A DNA stretch of 64,000 bases, from the NCBI GenBank assembly GCA_001821555.1, contig MHMM01000010.1:19629-83628 (forward strand), written 5' to 3'. Origin of the DNA: Candidatus Nealsonbacteria bacterium RIFOXYB1_FULL_40_15. GTDB taxonomy: Bacteria; Patescibacteriota; Minisyncoccia; Minisyncoccales; GWA2-38-27. A model generated the notes under the pieces. The model ran no database searches and was not told the origin of the DNA. It saw only the letters and a list, made by a program, of their open reading frames with translations. The position numbers were made by a program, and so were the translations under genes. Of the stretch, positions 44,835 to 52,058 are shown piece by piece (position 1 is the stretch's first letter; every line of letters starts with the position of its first letter).

Positions 44835-45646
44835 ATAAGGTCAGCGAAGAACATTTCTGTCCTGCGAAAATAAATAATGCCCGCAAAGAATAAAACAATG
44901 CCAATCAGGGCTGATGTTCCTAAAAGACTCCAGTTGATCGCTCCCGTCCCCAAAAGGCCGGCTCTCATTGTTTCTATGACTCCTGACATTGGATTCAAAT
45001 ACCAAAGCCATTGGTATCTTCCTAAAATGCTAGTCGGGTATATGACCGGCGTTATAAAAATAAGAAGCTGGAGAAAAAAAGGCAAAGCATATCTCACATC
45101 CCTGTATTTTACGTTAATAGCAGCCAGCATTAATCCCAATCCCGAAAAAGAAAGAAATGTTATTACAAGACAGGGAATTACCAGAATTATACCCAAAAAT
45201 GTCGGGACAAAGCCGTAATAAACCATTAGAGCCGCAAAAATAACAGTTGCCAGCAGAAAATCTACGAAATAAACAATTGTTGAAGAAAGCGGAAGAATAA
45301 GCCGGGGAAAATAGACTTTTTGAATAAGGTTCTGGCCTCCCAGCAAGCTTGAGGATATCCCGCTCAAAGATCCCGAAAAAAAAGTCCAGAAAAGAAGGCC
45401 AGTATAAACAAAAATAGGATAAGGTATGTCCCCAGAATTTATGCCAGCCACTCTTCCAAAAAAAATAGTGAAAACAAACATAGTTACAAATGGCTGGAGA
45501 ATCGCCCAAAGAACTCCCAGAACCGTCTGCTTGTATCTCACTTTAAGATCGCGCCAGGCAAAAAAATACAGAAGCTCCCTGTATATCCAAAATTCCTTAA
45601 AATCCAGTTTGAATTTTCTTTTAGAGTCTATAACGATTGTATTCAT
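44831..45646 (-). CDS. wzm: ABC-2 type polysaccharide exporter permease
   Basis: RDLKVRYKQTVLGVLWAILQP and six predicted TM segments. Confidence 0.85.
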   Translation of the reverse strand: MNTIVIDSKRKFKLDFKEFWIYRELLYFFAWRDLKVRYKQTVLGVLWAILQPFVTMFVFTIFFGRVAGINSGDIPYPIFVYTGLLFWTFFSGSLSGISSSLLGGQNLIQKVYFPRLILPLSSTIVYFVDFLLATVIFAALMVYYGFVPTFLGIILVIPCLVITFLSFSGLGLMLAAINVKYRDVRYALPFFLQLLIFITPVIYPTSILGRYQWLWYLNPMSGVIETMRAGLLGTGAINWSLLGTSALIGIVLFFAGIIYFRRTEMFFADLI

Positions 45647-46146
45647 GCCCTCCTTATCTTATTGATTATTTCGGTTGAAGAAACCATCTTCAAGAAATCA
45701 GGAACAACTCTTTTAACCGTTTTAAGTTCTATCCCCAAAGTCTCGGACAATTTTCTTTTCTCTTCAATAGCGGAATCGTCGTCGTTCAAAATATAAAAAT
45801 CTGGTTTTAGTTTTTTCAAAAGAGAAACAAAATGAACTTTTCCCGAACTTAATTCTTCGTCAGCTAAGAGAACATAATCCACATCTTTCATTGAGGCCAA
45901 TAAAAAAAGTCTGTTCTGCTCGTTATTAACAGGCCTTTCGGAACCCTTAAGCTCTTTTATTATTCGATCGGTTCCCAACCCTACCACCAATAAATCGGCA
46001 AATTCTTTGCATTGGCCAAAGAATACGGCATGGCCTGAATGTAGAATATCAAAACACCCGGAGCAAAAAGCAATCTTTTTATCTTTATTCTCAATTCTTA
46101 TCCTCTCTAGATCCTGATAGCTTATAATATTTTTTAGGATTACCAT
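45643..46146 (-). CDS. Cytidylyltransferase-fold nucleotidyltransferase (RfaE domain II / TagD-like)
   Basis: FCSGCFDILHSGHAVFF (HxGH) and KELKGSERPVNNEQNRLFLLASMKDVDYV. Confidence 0.65.
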   Translation of the reverse strand: MVILKNIISYQDLERIRIENKDKKIAFCSGCFDILHSGHAVFFGQCKEFADLLVVGLGTDRIIKELKGSERPVNNEQNRLFLLASMKDVDYVLLADEELSSGKVHFVSLLKKLKPDFYILNDDDSAIEEKRKLSETLGIELKTVKRVVPDFLKMVSSTEIINKIRRA

Positions 46147-46388
46147 CTTTTTATTATCTCCTTTGTCTTGCCTTTTATTTTATAGTACGCCTTTTCAAGC
46201 GGAGTCTCCCTCTCTGGAGAAACCAATCTCAATAGCTCATAACCCAGTATTTTATACCTTCCGCCTACCTTATTTGCTTTGATAATTCCGTTTTTAAGAA
46301 GGCGCTTGATGGTGCTATTGCTCACTTTAAGATATTCTTGAGCTTCTTCTGTCGTATAAACATTATTCGGCTTAATTTCTTCTGCCAT
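46140..46388 (-). CDS. Small excisionase/MerR-type (HTH_17-like) DNA-binding protein, first gene of the glycan operon
   Basis: VYTTEEAQEYLKVSNSTIKRLLKNGIIKANKVGGRYKI. The track start 46454 is GTG and the ORF also contains ATG 46397. ATG 46388 sits 7 nt after a -10 element and is preferred. Confidence 0.55.
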   Translation of the reverse strand: MAEEIKPNNVYTTEEAQEYLKVSNSTIKRLLKNGIIKANKVGGRYKILGYELLRLVSPERETPLEKAYYKIKGKTKEIIKRW

Positions 46389-46395
46389 TAATTTC

Positions 46396-46424
46396 ATCTT
46401 AGATAAAAGAAAGGCCCCTGTCAA
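46396..46424 (-). promoter_or_regulatory. Sigma-70-type promoter, apparently giving a leaderless transcript
   Basis: Minus strand reads TTGACA (46424..46419), a 17-nt spacer, TAAGAT (46401..46396), GAAATTA, then ATG 46388. Confidence 0.45.
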
Positions 46425-46432
46425 CAAGGGCC
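46401..46432 (-). terminator. Rho-independent terminator after the SemiSWEET gene (overlaps the -35 above)
   Basis: Minus strand: GGCCCTTG-TTGA-CAGGGGCC (8-bp stem with one G-U pair) followed by TTTCTTTTATC. Confidence 0.5.
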
Positions 46433-46455
46433 AAAAAGGGTCAAAAGAGCTCACA

Positions 46456-46713
46456 CTACCCGAACTTCTTCTTCAGAAACAGCTGAACTAAGCTTATAGC
46501 CACTCCTGCTCCGTTTGCCATTATCATGGGCAAAGAAGCTATAAGGAGGCCGTAGATAAGCCAAAGACAGCAATTGGCAAAGTACAAGAAGGCCATTCCC
46601 CAGGACAGGTCTCCTGTTTTTCCGCTTTTCCAAGACTTTACTATCTGGGGTAGCATTATGGAAATGCCTACCGCAGTCGCCAAATACCCTATAACATTAG
46701 TTAAGATATCCAT
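46456..46713 (-). CDS. SemiSWEET / PQ-loop sugar transporter
   Basis: 85 aa, three TM helices, with the PQ motif in MLPQIVKSWKSGKTGDLS. Confidence 0.75.
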   Translation of the reverse strand: MDILTNVIGYLATAVGISIMLPQIVKSWKSGKTGDLSWGMAFLYFANCCLWLIYGLLIASLPMIMANGAGVAISLVQLFLKKKFG

Positions 46714-47230
46714 AGTTTCTCCTTGAAAAGTTCTTATGCTTGACTATTGACTCTGCTGTTTTATAGGCGCCAAAAAAGACTGCTACATAGAAAAGATCTC
46801 CAAAAAGGGCGTTCCGAAAGAAAGGCAAAGCCATCAAATAGCAGTTTACTAATCCCGCCAGATCTCTGGAATACCATGGATAAAAAGCCCAAACAGCAAA
46901 ATTAGTTATCAGAAAGAAGGAAAATGAAGCTACGATTGAAAGAATAAAAATATTGCCCCACTTTTTGTTTTTTTTAATTAAAAAACCGAGGAATATCGGC
47001 ATAAGCAGGGAGAAGTAGACAAAAACCATCAGCTTTAAGTCATAAAAACCTATGATTGCGTCCGAAACCAGCATAATCGCAACCGGGGCCGCAAAAGACA
47101 GTTTTCGGGAGAGATAAGCTCCGCCGAAAAGCCCTATTGCCATCAAAGGAGTGGCATTGGGAAAATGGGGCAGGAGACGGGCGCTTACGCCTATAAATAT
47201 GAAAATAAGGATGAGAATAAATTTATTCAT
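46697..47230 (-). CDS. Polytopic membrane protein (DUF6580/ECF S-component-like, possible vitamin transporter)
   Basis: 177 aa with 5-6 TM helices. Translationally coupled to the DUF4430-like gene. Family assigned by recollection only. Confidence 0.4.
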   Translation of the reverse strand: MNKFILILIFIFIGVSARLLPHFPNATPLMAIGLFGGAYLSRKLSFAAPVAIMLVSDAIIGFYDLKLMVFVYFSLLMPIFLGFLIKKNKKWGNIFILSIVASFSFFLITNFAVWAFYPWYSRDLAGLVNCYLMALPFFRNALFGDLFYVAVFFGAYKTAESIVKHKNFSRRNYGYLN

Positions 47231-47585
47231 ATCTAAACTCCACTTTATCCCCTTTGTTAACTATATATTTATCTGCTGAAACCATAGGCATTTCACCGTT
47301 TACATAATAAGACCAGTACCTCCCTTCTTCCCCGTTCTTTTTCCCTTTTATTGATTCTACCAAAACTCCAAAACTGAAATCTTTTGTTTCAAAGGGAATC
47401 TTGGTTTTTGCCAAAAGTTCAAGCGCGCTGGCATTTTCTTCAAAAAAAACAAATGCCTCTGATTCAACGGAGAAAATAATCCCCCCTTCTTTCTTTTCCT
47501 TTGCGGGAGAATCCGCGCTTTTAAAAGAAAAAATTACCGCAAAAGTAATAATTAATAAGAATAATGCTGTTAGAATCTTCTTCAT
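47223..47585 (-). CDS. Secreted DUF4430 (transcobalamin-like) domain protein
   Basis: Signal/anchor MKKILTALFLLIITFAVIF. C-terminal GRYWSYYVNGEMPMVSADKYIVNKGDKVEFRY matches the DUF4430 signature (W.Y.VNG...GD.i.f.Y). Confidence 0.55.
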   Translation of the reverse strand: MKKILTALFLLIITFAVIFSFKSADSPAKEKKEGGIIFSVESEAFVFFEENASALELLAKTKIPFETKDFSFGVLVESIKGKKNGEEGRYWSYYVNGEMPMVSADKYIVNKGDKVEFRYE

Positions 47586-48022
47586 AATGCTTTTTTAGCA
47601 GCTTTTTTGATAAGCCAGGAGGAGCTTTGAACCTTGTCTCCGCCGACATTGCCCAAAACCTCTATTCCATATCTCGCGCAAATTTCTTTTTCGTTTTCAG
47701 GTATATTATCTATGCTCCTATCCCCTCCTTTGGCAAAGATAAGTTTTCCCTTCGTTTTTTTAGCTATTTTCTCTAGGCTTTTTGCCACAGAAGAGTCTTT
47801 ATCTATTGAGAGGACAACCTTATCCGGATATTTCAGGCTTTCTACAATCTCCGCCCTTTCCTCTTCTGTCATAAAAGGGACGCTTCCTTTTATCTTGACC
47901 TGCTTATCGTTATTAACTATGACTATTAATTCGTCCCCCAGCTTTTTGGCTTCTCTTATCAGTCTCACATGCCCCATATGCAGGGGGTTAAAGTAACCTG
48001 AAGTTATGACAGTTATCTTCAT
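47582..48022 (-). CDS. Cytidylyltransferase-fold nucleotidyltransferase
   Basis: ITSGYFNPLHMGHVRLIREAKKLGDELIVIVNND (HxGH). Confidence 0.7.
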   Translation of the reverse strand: MKITVITSGYFNPLHMGHVRLIREAKKLGDELIVIVNNDKQVKIKGSVPFMTEEERAEIVESLKYPDKVVLSIDKDSSVAKSLEKIAKKTKGKLIFAKGGDRSIDNIPENEKEICARYGIEVLGNVGGDKVQSSSWLIKKAAKKAL

Positions 48023-48043
48023 AGAAATAATTGTAGTATAAAT

Positions 48044-48910
48044 TCAAAATATGTCCAGCCATTTTGCCAGTTTTTCCAAGGTTTTCTTTGAATTATCGGA
48101 AGATATAAAATCCTCTCTTAAAACTTCTATAACTATGTTAACATCTGAAAGCTTCTTTAAAAAAGGAGTTATTTCTTCCTTAAACACCCTGATTGATATA
48201 TCTCCCTCTCCCGGAACAAGCCCCCCCTCAAACCCATCAGACCCCGTCTTGCCGTCGTTAAAATGTATCTCCTTGATTATGGGAGCGATCTTTTCCATTT
48301 CTTTAACCAGGTCATTAGAAAGGGTTGCCAAATGGCACAAATCCACAGTGGCGAAAACTCCGCCAGGCAGATTTTTGAAATCTTCTAGATTATTAAAGCC
48401 CACCCCGAATCCAAAGCCAGGATCATAACAGGCGGGAATGTTTTCAAGGCAGATTATTCCTTTAAAGTCTGCTTTTGAAACATATTCAGACACTTTTTTT
48501 ATCTGTTTTTCAACTAAAGAAGCTGATTCTTCTTTGGGAGGCAAGACCTCTGAAAATACAGGAGCATGGAAATTAACAAGAGAAGCCCCGAAACGCTCTG
48601 CAACAGCAAGAATGTGGGAAAAGTCCTCAAATCCCTTGTTATTCTCCAAACCGAATGTATCGCTTGCTATATCCTCTACTTTTATGGGAGCATGCAGAGA
48701 AAAAAAGAAGTTTTCTCCGGCTTCTTTCCTGAATTTTTTAAGATTCTTTTCTGCATTTTTTAAGGATTCCAAATCAAAGAAATCTTTCCACTTTCCGCAA
48801 AGCTCCAAACCGATAGGATAATTTTTGCCCAAACAACTTTCCAAAATATCTTTTCTAGCATAAAGCTCTTCTTCTTTGAAGGGAGAGCAAGGCAGGCTTA
48901 TTCTCAACAT
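48044..48910 (-). CDS. Xylose-isomerase-like TIM-barrel protein (sugar phosphate isomerase/epimerase family)
   Basis: FSLHAPI, LVNFHAP, ICLENIP, VDLCHLA and EIHFNDG fit the AP_endonuc_2 metal-ligand spacing. Confidence 0.55.
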   Translation of the reverse strand: MLRISLPCSPFKEEELYARKDILESCLGKNYPIGLELCGKWKDFFDLESLKNAEKNLKKFRKEAGENFFFSLHAPIKVEDIASDTFGLENNKGFEDFSHILAVAERFGASLVNFHAPVFSEVLPPKEESASLVEKQIKKVSEYVSKADFKGIICLENIPACYDPGFGFGVGFNNLEDFKNLPGGVFATVDLCHLATLSNDLVKEMEKIAPIIKEIHFNDGKTGSDGFEGGLVPGEGDISIRVFKEEITPFLKKLSDVNIVIEVLREDFISSDNSKKTLEKLAKWLDIF

Positions 48911-48938
48911 ATTTTTAAGTATAACAATTTAATGGAAA

Positions 48939-48979
48939 TAAAAAAAGCTCTCAACAATAACTTGCGTTTTTGTGAGAGC
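48939..48979 (-). terminator. Rho-independent terminator downstream of the HD-domain gene
   Basis: Minus strand: GCTCTCA...TGAGAGC stem (48979..48973 / 48953..48947), then a run of Ts (48946..48940). Confidence 0.5.
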
Positions 48980-49009
48980 AAAGAGCATTATGTCTGCACA
49001 ATCTCCTTC

Positions 49010-49681
49010 TTATTCTTCAGAAGGTATGGCAGAATTATTCGGACACTCAAACTCATCAACTCTCGCCTGGACCAATTGGTGCTGAAGCCTTCCAATCAGA
49101 AATTCCAATAAACCAAACCATTCCCTGCCGAGATTAATCGCAATGGGGCATCTCAGCATGTCCCTCCATTCAAGCGTAAAGCGTAGCCCGCTTAGCACTG
49201 TAAATGCACTCTGGAAACTTTCTCCCGGAAGAAATTGGAAGATGTGTCCAGGATCAAAGACAGGAATATTGTGGAGATGTTGTCCCGCCCTAATTGGACA
49301 AAGAACACCAGCCCCGGCAAGACGATCGGCGTCCTTTAAGATGACCGTAACAGAGTTGTCATCGTCTTTATTCTTCTCGCTGTGGTGCAGAACAGCCTCC
49401 AAAACTAGTCGTTTCTCTTCTTCTGTAAAATCCGTAAGCTCTAGATATCCGCGCACCCTTTCTTTCTCTTCATCCGGAGAGAAAATTCTGTCCGTATTGT
49501 GGCAAATTCCAGCTACCCAGGCCAGTTTGGCCAAGACCGCATCTTCTCCTGCAATTATGTCCCCGTATTGGGCGACAAGCAAGGCATGAGTAAAGTCGTG
49601 ACCAAGAACTGCCCTTCCCGAATGATCATCCCAAACCTTCTTTGTCAAACACGGATACACCTGCCACCATCTACGATCCAT
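49010..49681 (-). CDS. HD-domain metal-dependent phosphohydrolase
   Basis: GHDFTHALLVAQYG, CHNTDR, LHHSE and KDADRL. Visibly higher G+C than its neighbours. Confidence 0.6.
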   Translation of the reverse strand: MDRRWWQVYPCLTKKVWDDHSGRAVLGHDFTHALLVAQYGDIIAGEDAVLAKLAWVAGICHNTDRIFSPDEEKERVRGYLELTDFTEEEKRLVLEAVLHHSEKNKDDDNSVTVILKDADRLAGAGVLCPIRAGQHLHNIPVFDPGHIFQFLPGESFQSAFTVLSGLRFTLEWRDMLRCPIAINLGREWFGLLEFLIGRLQHQLVQARVDEFECPNNSAIPSEE

Positions 49682-49779
49682 ACAGCTATTCCTTTCAAAA
49701 TCAATTACTCTAGATTTCTTGGGGCAAGAACTTTAACGAACTGCTTCATACCTTATCACTTATTTCCAACTAGTCAAGC

Positions 49780-49808
49780 TTGATTTTGAGAATTCAAAAT
49801 AGCATAAT
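49780..49808 (+). promoter_or_regulatory. Sigma-70-type promoter giving an apparently leaderless transcript of the ligase-like gene
   Basis: TTGATT (49780..49785), 17-nt spacer, CATAAT (49803..49808), GAACCA, then ATG 49815. Confidence 0.4.
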
Positions 49809-49814
49809 GAACCA

Positions 49815-52058
49815 ATGGTAATTCCCGACAAATACTACAAGGTTTTTTTGTATTCCTTTTGTTTTATTTTGCTTCTTCCATTTTTTTCAGCTCCTCCCTG
49901 GCTTCACCCTTCTGCCTGGGGAAAGGCGATAATCTTCAGAATAATTTCTTCTATTCTTATTTTCCTATTTATATATCTTTTGGCCTCAAAAAAAGGATAT
50001 ATAAAAAGGGAGGATTTTTTGGATAAGAAAAGTGGCGTTTTCTGGCCATCCTGGACACTTGCCGTATTTTTAGCACTTGTCTTTATATCTGTTATCTTTT
50101 CCAAAGATCCCTTTTACAGCTTTTGGGAATCTCCTTTCAGGGGAGGAGGATTCCTTAATTATTTCTTGTGCGTAGCCACGGCTATTCTGGCTTTTTTGAT
50201 AATTAAGAAAGGGGACTGGCCTAGGATTTGGTTCTTTGCGACAATTTCAGGCATTTTAGTCTCGTTCGTGGCTGTATTCCAAAAATTCGGCATATTTTCA
50301 AAAACCATTATTCCCTATGCCGAAAGGCCTCCGGGGACAATGGGAGGACCTACTTTTTTAGCGGTTTATCTTTTGCTTTTGGCTTTTGCGGCTCTTTCTT
50401 TTTTATTTAAAGAAAAGGGCTGGAAAAAGATTTTTTACGTCTTCGCATTTATTTTATTCTTTTACGTAATCCTGCTTACCGGAAGCAGAGCTTCTTATTT
50501 CGGGCTTTTAGCAGGAATTCTTTACTTTCTTTTCTTCTTCCCCCAAAAAAAGCTTTGGGCAGTTAAAATTATTGCTGTTTTGATTCTTTTCCTTGCTGTT
50601 TACAGCGTCTATAGGGTCAATTATGTATCTAGAGATCTTTTTCTCCCCGCCCTAAACAACAACAAAGAAGCGCAGGAACTTTTAAACAGAATGTCTGTAA
50701 GACTATTTTTGGAAGATCCTAGGTTTTCTGCTTGGAAGCTTTCTGCAGAAGCCATAAAAGAAAATCCTGTTCTGGGATGGGGCCCCGAAAATTACTCTAT
50801 TGCTTTTGACAAGTATTATGACCCTGCTCTGCCGTTTATAAACAGAGCATGGGGAAGCTGGTACGACAAAGCCCATAATTTTTTGATTGACATAGCCGTC
50901 TCGTCTGGAATCCCCGCCCTAATTGCATTCCTCTCTTTTATTGCAGTTCTTTTTCTAAAACTAAGAAAGTCTGAAGATCCTTTAATGTCGCACGGTGTCC
51001 GGACCAGCATCTTTGCTTACTTTGGAGCCAATCTTTTTAGCTTTGACACATTTTCAACTTATTTGATATTCTTTTTTGTTATTGCTTTTGGATTAAAAAT
51101 TATCTCAAAAGATGAACTAGGCGAAGAGAAAAAGAGAGCAGATGTTTCTCTCTGGAAAACAGGCCTTATTTTCGTTTCCTTTTTTGTTCTTATAGCATTT
51201 CTTTGGCATGGATGCTTAAAGCCCCTAAAGATAAACAAAGAAATAAACTACGCTGATTTTTATTTGAAGCAGGGGAACTGCGATAAAGCTCTGGAAAAAA
51301 TGGGGATCATCGCCTCTTCAAAAAGCATTATAGACAGTTATTTGCGGCTCCAGTACACAGATATTATAAGGGGCTGTATCCAGCAAAATGCCAAAACTAA
51401 AGCCGAACTGGCCCCTTTAGCTGTTTCTATTTTAAAAGAAGAAAAAGAATTAAGGCCTTTTTACACTAGAACCTGGATAACATTAGCATCATACCTAAAC
51501 GCTTTGGACAAAGCAGAAGAAGCTATTTTGGCCTTTGAAGGGGCGCTGGAATTAAGCCCCAAAAGAGAAGAATCGTTTTCCGGCCTTATAGATTCTCTTT
51601 TCCTCTCAAAAAATTATGAAAGGGCAACAAAAGAAGCTGATAAATGCTTAGATAATATTCCTGAATCTGCGCTCTGCTGGTGGAAAAAATCCCTATCGCA
51701 TATTTATCTAGAAGAGCTGGATAATGCGGATTTTGCCGAAAAAGAAGCCATAAAAAGAGGGTTTAATCCTATTTCCCCCAAGCCTATTTCCGAAACAATA
51801 ATAGCTTACATGGATTTAGCTTTAAAAACCAAAGATAAAAAGATAAAAGAAGCTTCTTATCTTAAGCTGGCTGACTGTTATCAAAAGCTGATACTTTATG
51901 TGGACTACAACAACTACCAATACCATGCCTCTCTTGCATATGCCTATAAGGAGCTGGGAGAAACAAAGAAGGCCAAGGAAGAAGCCCTTGTTGTGATAAA
52001 ACTTGCTCCCGAACTGAAGAGCCAGGTTGAAGAGTTTATTAAAAATCTCACAAAATGA
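49815..52058 (+). CDS. O-antigen ligase/Wzy_C-family polytopic membrane protein with C-terminal TPR domain (candidate O-oligosaccharyltransferase)
   Basis: 747 aa with ~12 TM helices. LLTGSRASYFGLLAG and GWGPENYSIAFDKYYD are Wzy_C-like. The C-terminal 250 aa form TPR-like helical repeats. Confidence 0.75.
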   Translation: MVIPDKYYKVFLYSFCFILLLPFFSAPPWLHPSAWGKAIIFRIISSILIFLFIYLLASKKGYIKREDFLDKKSGVFWPSWTLAVFLALVFISVIFSKDPFYSFWESPFRGGGFLNYFLCVATAILAFLIIKKGDWPRIWFFATISGILVSFVAVFQKFGIFSKTIIPYAERPPGTMGGPTFLAVYLLLLAFAALSFLFKEKGWKKIFYVFAFILFFYVILLTGSRASYFGLLAGILYFLFFFPQKKLWAVKIIAVLILFLAVYSVYRVNYVSRDLFLPALNNNKEAQELLNRMSVRLFLEDPRFSAWKLSAEAIKENPVLGWGPENYSIAFDKYYDPALPFINRAWGSWYDKAHNFLIDIAVSSGIPALIAFLSFIAVLFLKLRKSEDPLMSHGVRTSIFAYFGANLFSFDTFSTYLIFFFVIAFGLKIISKDELGEEKKRADVSLWKTGLIFVSFFVLIAFLWHGCLKPLKINKEINYADFYLKQGNCDKALEKMGIIASSKSIIDSYLRLQYTDIIRGCIQQNAKTKAELAPLAVSILKEEKELRPFYTRTWITLASYLNALDKAEEAILAFEGALELSPKREESFSGLIDSLFLSKNYERATKEADKCLDNIPESALCWWKKSLSHIYLEELDNADFAEKEAIKRGFNPISPKPISETIIAYMDLALKTKDKKIKEASYLKLADCYQKLILYVDYNNYQYHASLAYAYKELGETKKAKEEALVVIKLAPELKSQVEEFIKNLTK

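Noticed and set aside
45114-45509. 131-aa minus-strand ORF inside wzm; likewise 46451..46633 inside the SemiSWEET gene, and 9056..9253, 11960..12290 and 16343..16546
   Set aside because: They are out-of-frame ORFs nested in well-supported genes on the same strand, with no motifs.
48911-48946. Promoter for the TIM-barrel gene (TATACT, 7 nt, then ATG 48910)
   Set aside because: The -10-like box is plausible and again suggests a leaderless start. However, the -35 position is just the T-run of the preceding terminator, which is too weak to report as a feature.
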